A stretch of DNA of 64,000 bases from the human T2T-CHM13v2.0 reference genome, Homo sapiens. The notes beneath the pieces are model-generated. The model made no database searches. It was not told the origin of the DNA and was given only the letters and a program-made list of their open reading frames with translations. Positions 43,379-64,000 of the stretch are shown one piece after another. The translations under genes and the position numbers were made by a program. The stretch spans positions 21,888,001 through 21,952,000 of the forward strand of contig CP086569.2 in the NCBI GenBank assembly GCA_009914755.4. Reading direction: 5' to 3'. How positions within the stretch are numbered: the stretch's first letter is position 1; every line of letters starts with the position of its first letter.

Positions 43379-43515
43379 GATTTTTAGTAGAGGCGGGGTT
43401 TTACCATATTGGCCAGGCTGGTCTCAAACTCCTGAACTCAGATGCTCTGCCAGCCTCAGCCTCCCAAAGTGCTGAGATTACAGATGTGAGCCACTGCACC
43501 TGGCCACAATCGGGT
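43168..43515 (-). mobile_element. Alu, right-arm mirror
   Basis: Reverse-complement of 6694-7040. Confidence 0.9.
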
Positions 43516-43813
43516 TTCTTATGTTTGCACATTGCCAACTGATAAAGTTGGCATTATAATAGTCATTCTCACAATCCATTGTGGGGGTTCTGAATATCAC
43601 ATGCAGAAAGAGTCCACAGTTAAAACTGTGACTGTCATATGTGAACATATAGCCACAGTTGAAATATAACCTATTTCTAAACCCAGCTCACAGGCAGGTA
43701 AAGACCCTCTTATTTGGACCAAGTCAATTGGAGAGAGGACCGAGTCAATTGGAGAGACGTTGACTCTCATATCTGTGCTGGACACAGCTGAGTTTATGTG
43801 TCCATACCAGTAA

Positions 43814-44152
<339 letters not shown>

Positions 44153-44584
44153 CTCATTTATATTGTATAAAGCTTTCAGATAGTGTAGAAAGTTTATGGA
44201 ACCCAGCACACAGGTGGAATTGTGCATTCATATGCACATCCAGCCAACAGCAAAGATTTTCATTCTCCCACGGGAACGCGGCCCATTGATGAGGTTTTAT
44301 ATCTAACAGCCAAAAGTTTGCAGTCAAAAGGCAGTCAAAAGTTTAAAAACTTACTCTCATACATCATTCCAGTCCATGGTTAGGTTGGTCACCCTCAAAC
44401 AAAAATTCAGCACACTGTGTGTGCTGTGTGTGGCTGTGGCTCCCTGAAGGAGACAAAGTCTGCAGGAGAGGTTGAGGCTTTTATGGCCAGATTAAGTCCA
44501 CTATTGAGATTGTGACTAGTATACTTAGATCCAACATACAAGAAAATTCACCCTCATGCATGAAATCAAGACATTTGTGGGATC

Positions 44585-45945
44585 ATTAGTACCATCACTT
44601 AAAGCCTCCTGCAGGTACCATTGTGACATGCTTCTGTCTAGCACCTTAGTGATTTGAGTGTCCTGTGTGGGCTAAGCCCACAGATGGTTTTGCTTCAAAT
44701 CGCTGAGCCCAGCACTTCGGGGATGTGACTCTGTTTTTATTCGTTGGTATTGCCCACAAAGGACATTGTGACATACCACTGGGCTTACTCTTTAGTTGAT
44801 ATGAGTCTCCTCTCCTGCCTTGGTGCTCTTCACTGGTGGAATTTTGACATATCTCTGCATTCCACACCCAGATAATGTAAGTCTCCTGCCTGGTCTTGCC
44901 ACCATGGGCCACTGTGTCATATTGCTTGGTCCAGCTCTGAGACAATATAACCCTCCTGCCTGAACCCTGCATACAGAGGGCATTATGGCATAGCTCTGCA
45001 CCCATCACCCAGGTGATCTGACTGTCTTCTTCTGCCTAGGGGAAATTGTGACATATTTGGCCAAACACCTAGCTGATGTGACTTCTTCCTAGGTTCTGTT
45101 CTAAGGACAGACAGTGACATATCACTGGGCTCAACTGAAAGGTACCATTACTCTTGTTTCTGGAACCTATTCTCTGATTGCAATGTGACATATATGTGGG
45201 CTCAGCACCAAGGTAATGTCAATCTGATGCCTGGCCCTGCTTAGATGGGGCATTGTGACATATCCTGGGCCCATAAACTATTTGGCATAACTCTTTTCTC
45301 TTACTTGGCTTTCCCCATAGGAGAGATTGTTACATATCTCTTGGCCCAACACCTAGATAGATAATTCAACTCTCCTCTGTTGCTTAGTCCATGTCCACGG
45401 AAAGGACAATGAGTTGTCACTGGGACCTGCACACAGATGATGTGCTATGTCACCTGGTCCCTACTCACAGCGGTCATTGTCACTTATTGGTGTGGTCATT
45501 TCCTAGATGGTATGACTCTCATTTCCTTTTTAGGACTTGTTCACAGTGGGGATCATAACGTGTTGTTTGGCCTAGCCCCTAGGATATGTGACTGTCCGTT
45601 TCTTATTAAGCCCTGCCCACAGAGTACATAGTGACATATCTCTGAGCCTTCACCTAGGTGATGTGGCTCTCATGCCTGAGCCCTTTACTCAGGGAGTATT
45701 GTGACATATTGCCAACCCTAGCACATAGGTTATATGATTCTCATCTCATGCCTGGGCCACACCCATGTGGGAAAATGTGGCATAGAGCTGGGTCCAGCCC
45801 CTAAGATATGTGACTCTCCTCCTCTTTCTGGGTCCTATCCAGGGAGGACATTGTGTCATATCTGTAAGGAGTTTACCTAGGTAATGTGACCTATCTGCAT
45901 GGTCCCTCCACTCAGGGGATGTTGTGAGATATTGCTGGACCCAGT
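44585..45945 (-). repeat. Beta-satellite-like tandem array; right-arm mirror of 4255-5605
   Basis: Reverse-complement of the left-arm array. ORF twins are identical, for example 4176..4451(+) with 45746..46021(-). Confidence 0.65.
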
Positions 45946-47956
45946 GATGGCAGTGGTGGCCCATGTGGTGTTGTTTATGTGAAGGCACCAGCTTCATGAG
46001 GATGTATGGCAGGGGTTGCATGCTTCATGGAGCCAGTGAGAGCCAAGGATATGTGGGAACCTCACCTTTTACCAAGTTAGAGGGGTGGAAGTCCCATGCT
46101 CCTGGGCACAGCTGCAGCTGTCCAGCCACAGATCCAGATCCAGGAATCCAGGTACTCTTGAGGGATGAGGGTTTCCCTCTTTTTTCCTGCAGGTTCAGTA
46201 GGGCCTGCTCCCACTGTCTGGCATTTCTCCACTCCTGGTGTCTGCTCTGATTTTGGAGGAAAATTGTGGCTGCGGCTGGGTGCCATTATAACCTGGCCAA
46301 GTTTGCACACACAGGGTGGTGCTGACATGCTAGACTCTTGTAGCCTTAACACCCTCCAAACTTTGGGCACTGACAAGCATGAGAGAGAGTCCAGGGAGGC
46401 TAAGGGCAGCTTGGTGTGGGTCTACAAGCACCTGTTGGCATGAACAGCCTGCATGGCGGGAATGGTATGTTCATGATGGGAGGCAGACGGGTTACTGGGT
46501 GGAAAGGAGTGGATCTCCCGTGAAACTCCACCTTCAAACAAGGAACAGCCTGAAGTGGGGGGTTGGGCTTACTTATAAACTTTGGGTGGAGTCAGCAACC
46601 CAGAGTGAGAACTTATGATGCTTTTTCTGGGCCCACCCATGACCATCCATGGACCAGTCAGCATGCACTTTCTCCATGCTGAGCCCATAAAAACCCCAGA
46701 CTCCACCAGACTAGAACAGACATTGGGACAATATGCCCACCAAAAGGATATACATATTGTGGGTCTCCTCTCTGCTGAGAGCTGGACACCTGTCAGGATG
46801 ACCTGCCTGCTGAAAGAAACTATCCATTTCAGGTCTCTGGAGAGTTGTTCCATTACTCAGTGAATCTCCTCACTGCCTTGCTCACTCTCCAGTTATTCTC
46901 ATTACTTACTCTTCCTGGATGCAGGACAAGAACCTGGGACCCGCTGAGTGGTGGGATTAAAACGGCTGTAACATAAATGACTAAAACACATCCACTTCCA
47001 CTCACCATGTTGCAGGTAACAAGAAGGTGAGAAAATAGGTGGCCCTCTGGGAAGCCCAGACCAAGGGTCTTCACAAGCCAGGGCTGTAAAATCTCTTTGG
47101 CCTCTGTGGTTTCTGGCATCTCCAAGCTTTTGGTGGCCATGTTCCCCTTGTCTAAACGTGGGTGCCCACAGTGAAAGTTACATGCAGTATACATGTAACT
47201 ACATGTAAATACATGTAGCTACAGCCTTGCACAGAGCTGGCACATGTGCCAGCACCAGGAGCTGCCTGTCCTGCCACAGCAGGACCCCATGTGTGCTCAC
47301 TTACATATCCCTTGCCACTTCATGGCTGGATTGATGTAGCAGGTGTGGAATCTGGGCCAGCAGTGCAACTTAAGCACAGCCTGCTGGGCTTAATGGGCAG
47401 AACAAGCCAAGTGGCATGAGTGATACTCAGGCAGAAGGTACCTGAGTGATACTCAGGCAGAAGGTACCACCAGTCACGGAGATTTCTAGATGATAAAGCA
47501 ACACTCCAAAAATCCTTTGGCAGACTCATCTGGGATTTGTAGAATGGCAAATAAAAGCAAACTTGTTGCTTTCTGTCCTAAACATCACAATAGCCAAAAA
47601 TAAAAGAAAAATACAGGTCCTCTGTTTGTCAGTTAAAAGCAACTGGCAAAGCTGCCTGACTTAAGACAGGGAGGACAGGCTTGCTGAGGAAAACACTGTT
47701 AATCCCCCATAACCCTCAGGTGTTGGGAATGTTGGCTTTTTTCTCTTTTTTTCAAATCAGTTTACCTTTACAGAGTTCTAGCCATTGTGTGGAATCAGAA
47801 TAAGGTATTAGGGCAACTGAATACATCTGGCCAAGGCCATACCTTGACTGACTCCAGTAAACAGCCCCTCAATGTGTTGATACAATGTGTTGGCCCTCCC
47901 CAGAGGGTCACAGCCCTTCTCACCTTCTTGTTGCCTTCAGCCTTTTTTATTAACCT

Positions 47957-48093
47957 CCCTCCCACCCTCCATTTTCTTCCTTCCCTCCTTCCTTCCTTCC
48001 TTCCTTCCTTCCTTCCTTCTTCCTTCCTTCCTTCCTTCCTTCCTTCCTACCTTCTTCCTTCCTTCCTTCCTTCGTTCTTTCCTTCCTTGACTG
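47957..48093 (-). repeat. (GGAA)n microsatellite, right-arm copy, read as TTCC on the + strand
   Basis: Read directly; 12 bp shorter than the left-arm copy. Confidence 0.95.
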
Positions 48094-50565
48094 CTGTGGC
48101 TGTGATTTTCTTCTCTACCTACAATCTTAAGAATGTTGTTGCAAACCACAGGTACATTACCCGATAGAATGAGAATTTGGTTTAGTCATCAGGAGTAGAA
48201 AATGGAAGGTTAAGAGTAGCACAGATTAAAAAAAGTGTTTCTTGGTATTTATACATAAGTTTGTGGTGAAAACTTTCTTGTCATTTCCTTGGTTGTCAAA
48301 TTTTTCCAAGCACCTTCAGACACAGATAAGAAGCATGGCCTCAAGAAAAAAGCATTAATTTCAATACCATCCTGCAGCTATATTGCCAAGCACCTTCAGG
48401 CACAGAAAAGAAGTAAGACCTCAGGAAAAAAGCATTAATTTAAATACCATCCTGAAGCTGGACTTTCTCTGTAAATGTGAAGGCAAATGGTCCAAGATCC
48501 CATACGTGCAGACTTTCTTTACCTTGCAGGGTTATCTAGACCTTTGCCAACATTGTAGGATTAATTTGGCCCTCCTGGTGGCCACATCAGGAGAGGCTGC
48601 AAGGGAAAAATTCAGGGACTTAGGGAAGCAAACCCAAGAGGTACCTTCAGTGGGGTAGTCAACTCTCTCCATTCCTTCCTATTCAGGTTTTCTCTCAAAT
48701 TTGTTCCATTCTAGAAATTCTCATTTTAGGCAGGTCTTTGTCTTCTGTCCCTACAACAGATGTCTGGTGAATATGGACCCACTAAAATCAAGGTCTCCTT
48801 TACTCTATATGACTTAAGGCAAATTAGGTGTGAACTCAACAAGTTTTCAGATGACCTTGACAGGTATATGGAAGCCTTCCAGAATTTAATCTAAGTATTT
48901 GAACTCTCCTGGAAAGAATGTTATATTACCTTTTAATCAAATACTGACTGCTGCTAAAAAGGGGGCTGCCTTGGAAGAGCACCCCTGCAGTTAAGTGCTT
49001 TTTTCCTCCACCATGTCAGGATTCAACGTAGTTTTTCCATGTGAGGGTACAGGTGGGTTTTTTTTGGCAGTTCCCCAATTTCAAAACTTCTTTTCTCTCC
49101 CTAGGAACTGTCATGTGTAATTCTGAGTTATGAAACTGTCACAATTTGATTAACTGTCTTTGTTCTGTTTCTGTATGCTTGCTTTCATGCCACTGTAAGC
49201 CTACTGCAAGCTAGCCCACACCCCCTTTTAAAATGTATGTAAAAGTCAAGTGCTGTCTTTGTTCTGGGCCCAGTGTTTGGATGTTAAGTCCACTGCATCT
49301 GAGTGCACTCATTAATCCTCCTGCTTTTACCTCAAAGTAAAGATCTCCCTGGTCCCTCTTGTTCCACGAAAGTGGCCCGAGGCCTACACCATCATCTGCC
49401 TCTGGGTCACTCAGATTCAGCTTTGCCTTTTAGGTTTTCAAACCAAAGTTTTGGACAAAAGGGTGCCACATGAGGGTGTTTTTCATAGAACTCCAGAACC
49501 CCAGAAATTAAAAGGAGAAGATTCCTCTCAAAATCAGCTTTTGTTTCTTGGAGAGATCCACCCTGTAACCAGTAGTCCATTCAGGAGATTGGCAATAAAA
49601 AAAAGGTCTTGCAATGACTGTATTATCTCTTGTCTGTTTGTGTAGTTATATGTGTGTTCTATGTATAATGTTTATATTAAAATGAGTTTTAATTGATTGG
49701 CTTAAGGAGAAAATAATAACCTAAATAAAATATTTTTAAAGAAAATAAAGCTATAATGCTTTTAGCTCATATGACTTTGATCTTTGAATTTAAGATTATC
49801 GGTAAAATAAGAATGTCTCATAATGTGCACATGTGGTATAAATTATGCAGGTCAGAAACTAGGTTTGCTAAGTGCTTTGAGGTCAAAGGGGCTTCTTTGT
49901 CTTTTGAAAATTTTTAACTTGTTTTCTTTACAGTTTGGGTAAGGCCTGGGGACATATGAAGTTAACAACACCCTAACTATGCTGGAAATAGTCTGGCCTT
50001 ATCTGCATCTACTACATACTTAAAGTAACTTATCAGGTTTTACATCAAAATTAAAAATTGCTAAGAGTTACCATTATAACATATAACTGAGACTACTGAA
50101 AGTAAATTTACATGCAATGTGTACAAGGAAAGTAAATATGTTTTTAGTAAAACATTATAAGATGGCATGGGAATATAAATTTTTGCCTAGTTTGAAGCTA
50201 AAGGATTATGTTAAATTAGATAAGATAAAGCAAAAGTGAAAACAAGTAGTGGATGGCTTGTAAAACTTAATCTTGTAAAATAAATTATGTGTATAAACAT
50301 ACTGACTAAATTCAAAAAGATATTATTTGGTTTTCCCATACATTGAACATTGGAAGCCAAGCATTTCTTATTGCACTGATCTGCTTTTTAACGAATATTT
50401 CTACAGGTTTATAAAAGGCTTGTAAGAATTTCACCTCACTGTCAAACGGATAAAAATTGAATACATTTGCATATAACGTTTCATTTAAAAAAATGGGATG
50501 ACATGAATAATAGACTAATGGATGGATAAAATTTTGTTCTCTCTCAGCAATATTTTCATGTAATG

Positions 50566-50880
50566 TTAACACCTGTAATCCCAACACTTTGGGAGGCCGA
50601 GGTGGGCAGATCACCTGAGGTTGGGAGTCTGAGACCAGTCTGGCCAATATGGTGAAACCTCATCTCTAATGAAAGTACAAAAATTAGCCAGGCATGGCGG
50701 TGGTCACCTGTAGTCTCAGCTACTCAGGAGGCTGAGGCAGGAGAATTGCTTGAACCCAGGAAGTGAAGATTACAGTGAGCCAAGATCATGCCACTGCACT
50801 CCAGCCTGGGTGACAGAGAGAGATCCTGTCTCAAAAATAAATAAGTAAATAAATATATAAATAATAAAAAATTTTTGTTT
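50566..50880 (+). mobile_element. Alu, 5'-truncated
   Basis: The element reads cctgtaatcccaacactttgggaggccgaggtgggcagatcacctgagg...gcctgggtgacagagagagatcctgtctcaaaaa. Confidence 0.9.
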
Positions 50881-50993
50881 GCTTTGTGAACAGACTATCA
50901 AGAAGTGAAGAAAAAAACAAGAGACAGATCATTTGGAAAGCTCACTCTTCCCTTTAATAAGTAAAGGGTTTTGTCTTTTAAAAAAAACTGAGC

Positions 50994-57012
<6,019 letters not shown>

Positions 57013-58139
57013 CCTGAGCCATTATTTTGGTTAAATAAATGACACATGAAAACCTGGAATTTTATTTCATAAGATAAAGTGTTTTAAAACTTTAACATAC
57101 TTGATAGGCTTCCCAAAATCAAATTTTAGCTTCAAAATTCTTTCTGATCCCTAACATTAGAATTCTATGGAGGGCCCCTGGAGCATCCAAAATTAAGGTA
57201 AGCAAGGTTATTATTTGACATGTTCAGTTACTTAGGATTGTCAAACTAAAAATAAAGCTTAATCCTTTCCAGGTTATATTTTAGTTAACAGTGTTAACAC
57301 ATATTTTTAAATCATGTGAGTCTTCCAGAATTCAAATGCTTAAGTATATTTTATTAATCATAATTAGGGTTACTATGGTAAGTTATAAATCACAGAAATG
57401 ACCAAATTTATTTGTCAGTTATGTTTTTTAATGTGAATATCCTAAAACATTCTGTCACTTACCGAAAATTGTTGCCTTGTTTTGATCCTCTAGAAAATAG
57501 AATTAATAATCAGCTACAGGACTTTGACAGGAACTTGTGATTTGTTTTTCTCTGTATTTTAGACTAACTCTCTTTATTCTGAGAGCCAGTCAGTGATCTC
57601 TGACTGCAGCTCAGAACAGACAAAAGGGACGGGTAATATAAAAATGTAGATCAATATTCTAATTCTGGGCAATTATCTTACAAATCCTGCCAGGTGATGG
57701 GGGTAAATTGGATGCCCATAACCTAAAGGTTTTGTTTTTCTTTTTCTTTTTTTTTTTCCTGGGAAAATAAGGCCACAGAAGCAAACCAGGGGCAACCCAA
57801 ATTCACTCAAATTTTAGCAGGCATTAATGTAGCCACTGGTTATCTGAGTACATTGGTAGCCTCAGAATTTTTGAGCTGGTATTATCCCCTTGTTTCCTTT
57901 TGATCTACGTCTTTTAACGGTCTTTTTTTTTTTTCTCACCTTCAGGCCATCAAATCTCAAATGGTAATGCTAAGAGAGCCACAAATGATGGCTCCCTCTT
58001 ACTGGGTACCCTTATATAGGCCTTGTGAGAAGATCTGGCTGCCACTTTTTCCAAAACAGTGCCCCCTGTCAGCATGAAGCAGTTATTAGCACATATAATC
58101 ACTATTCTAATGGCAGTTAGATGTATCTCTTCACAGGGG

Positions 58140-59400
58140 GAATCAACGACAGCATCCTGTCTGGAGTGGCCACTGTGAAGACTCTAGCAGAAGTGGGAGA
58201 GACACGGCTTGGGTTGCACGCCTTGTGGAGCTAGCAGAAACCAGGAACGAGTGGAAGCCCTGCCTCCTACCGAGTTGGTGGGATGGGAGCTCCATGCTCC
58301 CAGATGCAGCTGCAGCTGCCAACCATGGTTTTAGATCTACGCATCTCTGCACTTTTGGGGCCGCAGACAGCCCATTCTCCTCCCACAGGCTTAAAAGGGC
58401 CTTCTCCCACTCTCTGGCCTCTCCACACTTTTGGTTCCTGATCCAGTTTGAGAGCAAAGTTGTGGTCAAGGTCAGGAACTGCTGTAACCTGGCCAGGTGT
58501 GTGCTCAGGGAAGCACTGACACCCAGAACTCTGCCACTTTGGCCCCCTCCAGTCTCAGAGTCCCAATAAGTGCAGGAGGGGGGCTGGTGGGGAGTGAGGG
58601 CAGATTGGCATAAGCCTGAAGGTGTCCCAGAACATGAACATCCTGGGACACGTTGATGGTGGGAGGCAGGCAGGCTCCTGGGAAGAAAGCAGTGAGTCCC
58701 TGGTGAAACCCCACCTTCAAGCCAGGAATGATCTGAAGTGAAACCTGGGAATTGATTGGTTAACTCCAGGTACAGACCACAACCTGAATTAAGAAATTAT
58801 GTTGCCTTTTCTTGGTTTACAGATGGCTGCCTATACACAAATCAACATGCACTTTCTCCTTTCTGAGCCCATAAACACCCCAGACTCAAACAGACACTGG
58901 GATAACCTGCCTGTGGGAAGCAGCTATCCACTGCAGGCCTCCTCTCCATTGAGACACGGACAGTCATCAGAATGATCTGCTTGTGGAAAACCATCCACTT
59001 TGGGTCTCCTGAGAGCTGTTCTGTCACTCAATGAAGGCAGACCAGGAGTGTCTGCCTTTCTCATCCTCCAGTTGTCCATGTACCCATGGGGGCAAGAACC
59101 TGCATTCTTCCTGGATGTAGGACAAGAATTGAGACCTGTTAAATGGGGGGACTAAAAAAGCTGCAACACAACTAGGGCTGAAACACGCACCCTTGCTTGC
59201 TATGTTGCAGGCAATAAGGAGAGAAGAGCTGTGGTCTTCTGCAGAGCTGGGACCTAGGGCTTCCTCAAGTCAGGGCTGTGACACCCTATTTGGGACTCTG
59301 GTTTCTGGCATCTCCAAGCTCTTGGGAACCACCACCACATTTCCATCGTCCAGATGTGGGTGCCTGCAGCAGAAACTGTGTGTGGTACATTTTGTCTAGC
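58140..59400 (-). repeat. Diverged third copy of low-copy segment 'X' (paralog of 2950-4230), in right-arm orientation
   Basis: The ORF pairs have similar translations, for example 3344..3628(+) with 58842..59027(-) (MEQLSRDLKWIVSFSRQVILTGVQLSAERRP versus MTEQLSGDPKWMVFHKQIILMTVRVSMERRP). Direct nucleotide similarity is about 70-75%. Confidence 0.6.
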
Positions 59401-59515
59401 TACAACATCAGACAGAGCTGGCATATTATATATGCATATATATATGAATATTATATATATATATAAGATATGGCATATTATATTGTATGTATAATATAAT
59501 ATAAAGCCCTCAGAT
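59400..59515. repeat. AT/TA-rich simple repeat
   Basis: The sequence atatatatgcatatatatatgaatattatatatatatataagatatggcatattatattgtatgtataatataatataaa is read directly. Confidence 0.9.
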
Positions 59516-60042
59516 GGTACAGAGAACGTCCTAAAAGGGGCCCACACACAGATAAAATTCTGATTGTCATATGCACAGCCAGCCTTCATTTAAAATTGTC
59601 ATCCTTCCACAGGAACACAGCCCACTGTGGAAATTATGAATCTTACAACTGTAGTCAATCAGAAGTTGGAAAATTGACTGTTGTAGGTGGAGCTGGGCCT
59701 CAGGTGGATTGGTGACTCTCAGACCTTCATTAAGTGCACCTGGAATGCTGTGAATCCATTAGGTGGACACAGTCCCCAAGATGGATTTAAGCTCTTATGC
59801 ATTGATCAAGTCCACTATTGAGAAAGTGACATGTATGCTTGAACCCAATACAGGAAGTCTTGACTCTCAGACCTACAACCTGGACACATGTGAAATTGAT
59901 TGTTAATCTGATTTCTGAACCTACTGGCAGGTGTGATTGTGACATACGCATCTGCCCAGCATGTGTTTTGACTATTTTTTCTGTGCCAAGCCTACATATA
60001 ATATTTTGACATATCAGTGGACTTAGTACTTAGATTACATTT

Positions 60043-60077
60043 CTTTCTTTCTTTCTTCTCTTTCTTTCTTTCTTTCT

Positions 60078-60133
<56 letters not shown>
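60043..60133 (+). repeat. (CTTT)n microsatellite
   Basis: Read directly. Translated in the ORF track as FLSFFLSFF... (60017..60220). Confidence 0.95.
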
Positions 60134-60144
<11 letters not shown>

Positions 60145-61924
60145 GCTTTGGCATCCCTCAAGGTGCATTAGAACATATCACTGGGTCAAACACCCAGGTG
60201 ACGTAACACTTCTGTCTTAACCCTGCCTACAGGACCCATTGTGACATTCCTCTATACCTATCAAACAAGTTAGGTGACTCTCCTCTTCTGCTGGGTCTCT
60301 GCTCAAACGGGGCAGTGTGACATATCATTGGATCCAGCACCTAGCTGTTGTGACTAATTTTTTTATTGTTCCATCACGGGAGAGACTGTGAAATATCACT
60401 AGTCTAAACACCAAAATGGCACTATTCTTTTGCCTTGGTCCTAAATTCTAAAGACATTGCAACATATTGCTAAACCCAGTACTAAGTGGATATAAGTCTC
60501 CTGTCTGAAACCTGCCCACAGGGGGCATTAAAACACATCTTTAGGCCTATCAACTCTTTCATGTGAATCTTCTTTCTTACCTCAACTTTGCCCATATGGG
60601 AGATTGTAATATATCTCTGGGTCCATCAACTTTTTATGTGACTCTTCTGTCTCGTGTTCTCCCTGCCCACAGGGATTATTGTGACATATATCCAGGCCCA
60701 TCACCTGATTATGTCTCTCCTCCTTTTGCTGGGATTTACCCACAGTTGGGATTGTAACATATAACTTATCTAAACACCTACCCACTGTGGTGATTCTGAG
60801 ACATAACTTGGTTCAGCCATGAAGTTATGTGACTCTCCTCCTCTTTCTGAGTCCTTTGCATGGCAAGCATTGTGATAAATTTCTGAGTCCTTCATGTAAA
60901 TTTTGTTAATCTTCTCTCTGGGCCCTTCTCTCAGGGATGGTTGCAATATATTGCTGCACCCAGCAATTAGTTCATGTGACTCTTCTCTATTGCTTAACCT
61001 TCCCATAAAAGGGATTGTGGCCTATCACTGGGTCCAATGCCTAGTTGGTGCAATTGCCTTCATCTGCCCTGCCCACAGCGGTATTATGACATATCATTTT
61101 GTTCCTCACCTAGGTGATGTGACTCTCTACTGCATAAACCCTGCCAAACAGGGAGGTTGTAACATATCACTAGACCCAGAACTTAAGTGACAGTATTAGC
61201 GTTCTCTAAAAGGTCAGAACCAACAAGATAGATGTGTATATGAAGGGGAGTTTGTTAGGAGTATTGGCTCACACAGTCACAAGGGGAAGTCTCACAATAG
61301 GCCGTCTGCAAGCTAAGCAGCAGGAAAGCCAGTCCAAGTCACAGAACCTCAAAAGTAGGGAAGCTAACAGTGCAGCCTTCAGTCTGTGGCTAAAGGCCTG
61401 AGAGCCTCTAGCAAACCAGTAATTTAATTCCAGGAGTTGAAAGTCTGAAGAACTTGGAGTCTGATGTTCAGGCAGGAAGCATCCAAGAAGAGAGAAAGGC
61501 AAAGACTGGAAGACTCAACAAGCCAAATCCTTCTAACTTCTGCCTGCTTTTATTCTAGTCATGCTGGCAGCTGATTAGATGGTGTCCACCCAGATTGAGG
61601 ATAGGTCTGCCTCTTCCAGTGCACTGACTCAAATACTAATCTCATTTGGCAACGCCTTCACAGAAACACCCAGGATCAATACTTTTCACCCCTCAATTCA
61701 ATCATATTGACATTCAGTATTAACCATCACAGTGACATAACTCTCTTTTTATCCTGCGTCCCATATTTTGATTATTTTGACATGTTTCTGAGCCAATCTC
61801 CTAGAAGATAAAAGACTCTGCCTTGGCCATGCCACAGAGGGTCTTGTGATGTATCCCTGTACCCATCTACCCAGCACCTGACTGATACAACTCTACTGTC
61901 TGGGCTTAGCCCACATATGACATT

Positions 61925-62225
<301 letters not shown>

Positions 62226-64000
62226 CTGGCCCACATATGGTATTCTTATAGATCACTGGACAGAGCACCTAGAATATATGACTGTATTCTACATTGGTGC
62301 TATTCACAGACGGCATTTTTATATATTGATGAGCACCACACCCAGATTATGTGACTCTCCTGCCTGTTCTCTGTACACATGGGCCAGTGTGACATATTGC
62401 TAGGTTCAACTTCCAGGTAATGTAATTCTGCTCCCTGGTTCTGCCTACAGGGGATATTGAAAGATGTGTCACCCACCAAGTTAGTGATGTGACGTTCTTT
62501 TTTCTGCCTGGTTCCTGCTTAGACTGGAGATTTTCATTTACTGCTGAACCTAGAATCTAGATGATGTGATTCTTCTATTCTTTATAGGTTCTGTCCCCAA
62601 AGAAGATTGTGACATACTGACAACACCAAGGTGATTACTGTTTTGTCTTGGCCCTTCCCTTAGAAGGCATTGTTACATATTGCTGGCCACGTAAGCAAAA
62701 TGATATGAGCCCCTTTCTAGACAATGCACACATGTGACATTTTAACATACCTCTAGGCACATCAACTATTTGATGTGACTCTCCCCTCTTATCTAGGCTT
62801 TGCCCATAGTTGTGATTGTGACATATTTATGGACCCAGCATCTAGTTAACATGACTCTCCACTCCAGCATAAGCCGTGTTCACAAAAGAAACATCACTGA
62901 GCTCAGCACACAGGTGATGTGACTCCTCTGCCTGGTTCTGGATCACAGAAGTCATGACCTATCTTTGGGCCAATAACCTACAAGATATGACCCCTTGCTT
63001 CTTTCTGGGGCCTCTTCATAGTGGAGTTTGTAACATACTGGTTGATGTAATATCGACATAATGTGACTCTCCTCTTATGCCTGGGCCATGCCCACTATGG
63101 TGATTGTGGCATACATTTGGACCCAGCCACTAAGTTATGTGATTCTTTTTTTTCTCTTCGAGCCCAACCCACAAAAGCCACTGTGACATATCTCTGAGAC
63201 TCTCACATACATGATGTGACTTTCTCACCTGGATTCTCCCTTCATGGGGTATTGTGACATATTGCTGGACCCGACACCTAGATGATGTGACTCTCCTATA
63301 TAACTTGGGCCCCACATTCATTGTGTATTTTGACATATTCCTGGGACTTATCCCTAGGTGGTGCAACCTTATTGCATGGGTGTGGTTCACAGAGATATTA
63401 TGATATATCACTGTGGCTCTCCTCTCTTATCTGTGCTGACTAAAAAAAGGAATTGTGACATACAAGTAAACCCAGCACCTAGATGTGACTCTCCTGTTTT
63501 ACTTGGATCATGTATATTTTGCATATTGTGTCATATTGCTATACTAGACACTTTGGGAATGGGAGGCTCTTTCCTGAGCCCTGTGACATATCTCTGCATT
63601 CATGACTTAGGTTATGTGACTCACCTTTTCTACATTCACCATATCCACAGGAAATATTGTCACATTTTGTTGGGTCCAGCAACCAAGTAATTTGTCTCTC
63701 CTGCTTTTGTCCTGTTTTCAGAAAAGGTTTGTAAAATATTCTTGTCTGAGCACCCAGAAGATATAACTCTCCTTGCTGGTCCCTGTCCTAAGCAAAAATT
63801 GTAACATATCCCTGGCCCAGCGCCTAGAGAGCGTGACTCACCTGAGATTGTAAGATATACCTCAACACAGGTAAAATGATGACTCTCAAGCCTTGAACCA
63901 TCAAAAACAAGAGACACTGTCTCTCATGGCAAGGCTTAGGGATACACTAATTTGTGTACAAAACTCATAGGGGATTACTACTCTCTCATATATCACGTAA

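Overview
This window is primate (very probably human or great-ape) repeat-dense heterochromatin-like DNA. No convincing cellular protein-coding gene is present. Essentially every ORF in the six-frame track is a retroelement gene remnant, an antisense L1 frame, or a translated simple repeat.

The dominant structure is a large near-perfect inverted repeat (palindrome). The left arm runs from 1 to 8955 and is cut by the window edge. The right arm runs from 41254 to 50183 or beyond. Arms are at least 8.95 kb long, and the spacer between them is about 32.3 kb. The arms differ almost only at a (GGAA)n microsatellite and an Alu A-run.

Each arm carries:
- an AT-rich unique stretch;
- a (GGAA)n microsatellite;
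- an unclassified low-copy segment ('X');
- a ~1.35 kb beta-satellite-like array (~68-bp unit);
- two Alus;
- the 3' portion of a betaretrovirus-like (ERVK-type) provirus with protease and RNase H remnants and a solo-LTR-like insert.

The spacer holds:
- a full-length L1PA with 14-bp target-site duplications;
- an AT-rich ~175-bp-unit tandem array totalling at least 6 kb that I cannot assign to a known satellite family;
- an HERV-H provirus (LTR7, internal region, LTR7; tRNA-His primer-binding site; gag, pol and env remnants) inserted into that array, itself carrying an inverted LTR7 fragment;
- Alus, a (CA)n repeat and an inverted (twin-primed) L1 3' fragment;
- the 5' part of the ERVK provirus (gag capsid, nucleocapsid, dUTPase), split by an HERV9 provirus (LTR12, internal region, LTR12) and continuing into the right arm.

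Distal to the right arm are:
- a second full-length L1PA sharing a ~1.2 kb identical tract with the first (candidate gene conversion);
- a diverged extra copy of segment X;
- a beta-satellite-like array of at least 4 kb running to the window end.

No prokaryotic-style system (operon, CRISPR, defence island) is present. The interesting biology is structural: palindrome formation and maintenance, satellite context and nested retroelement history.
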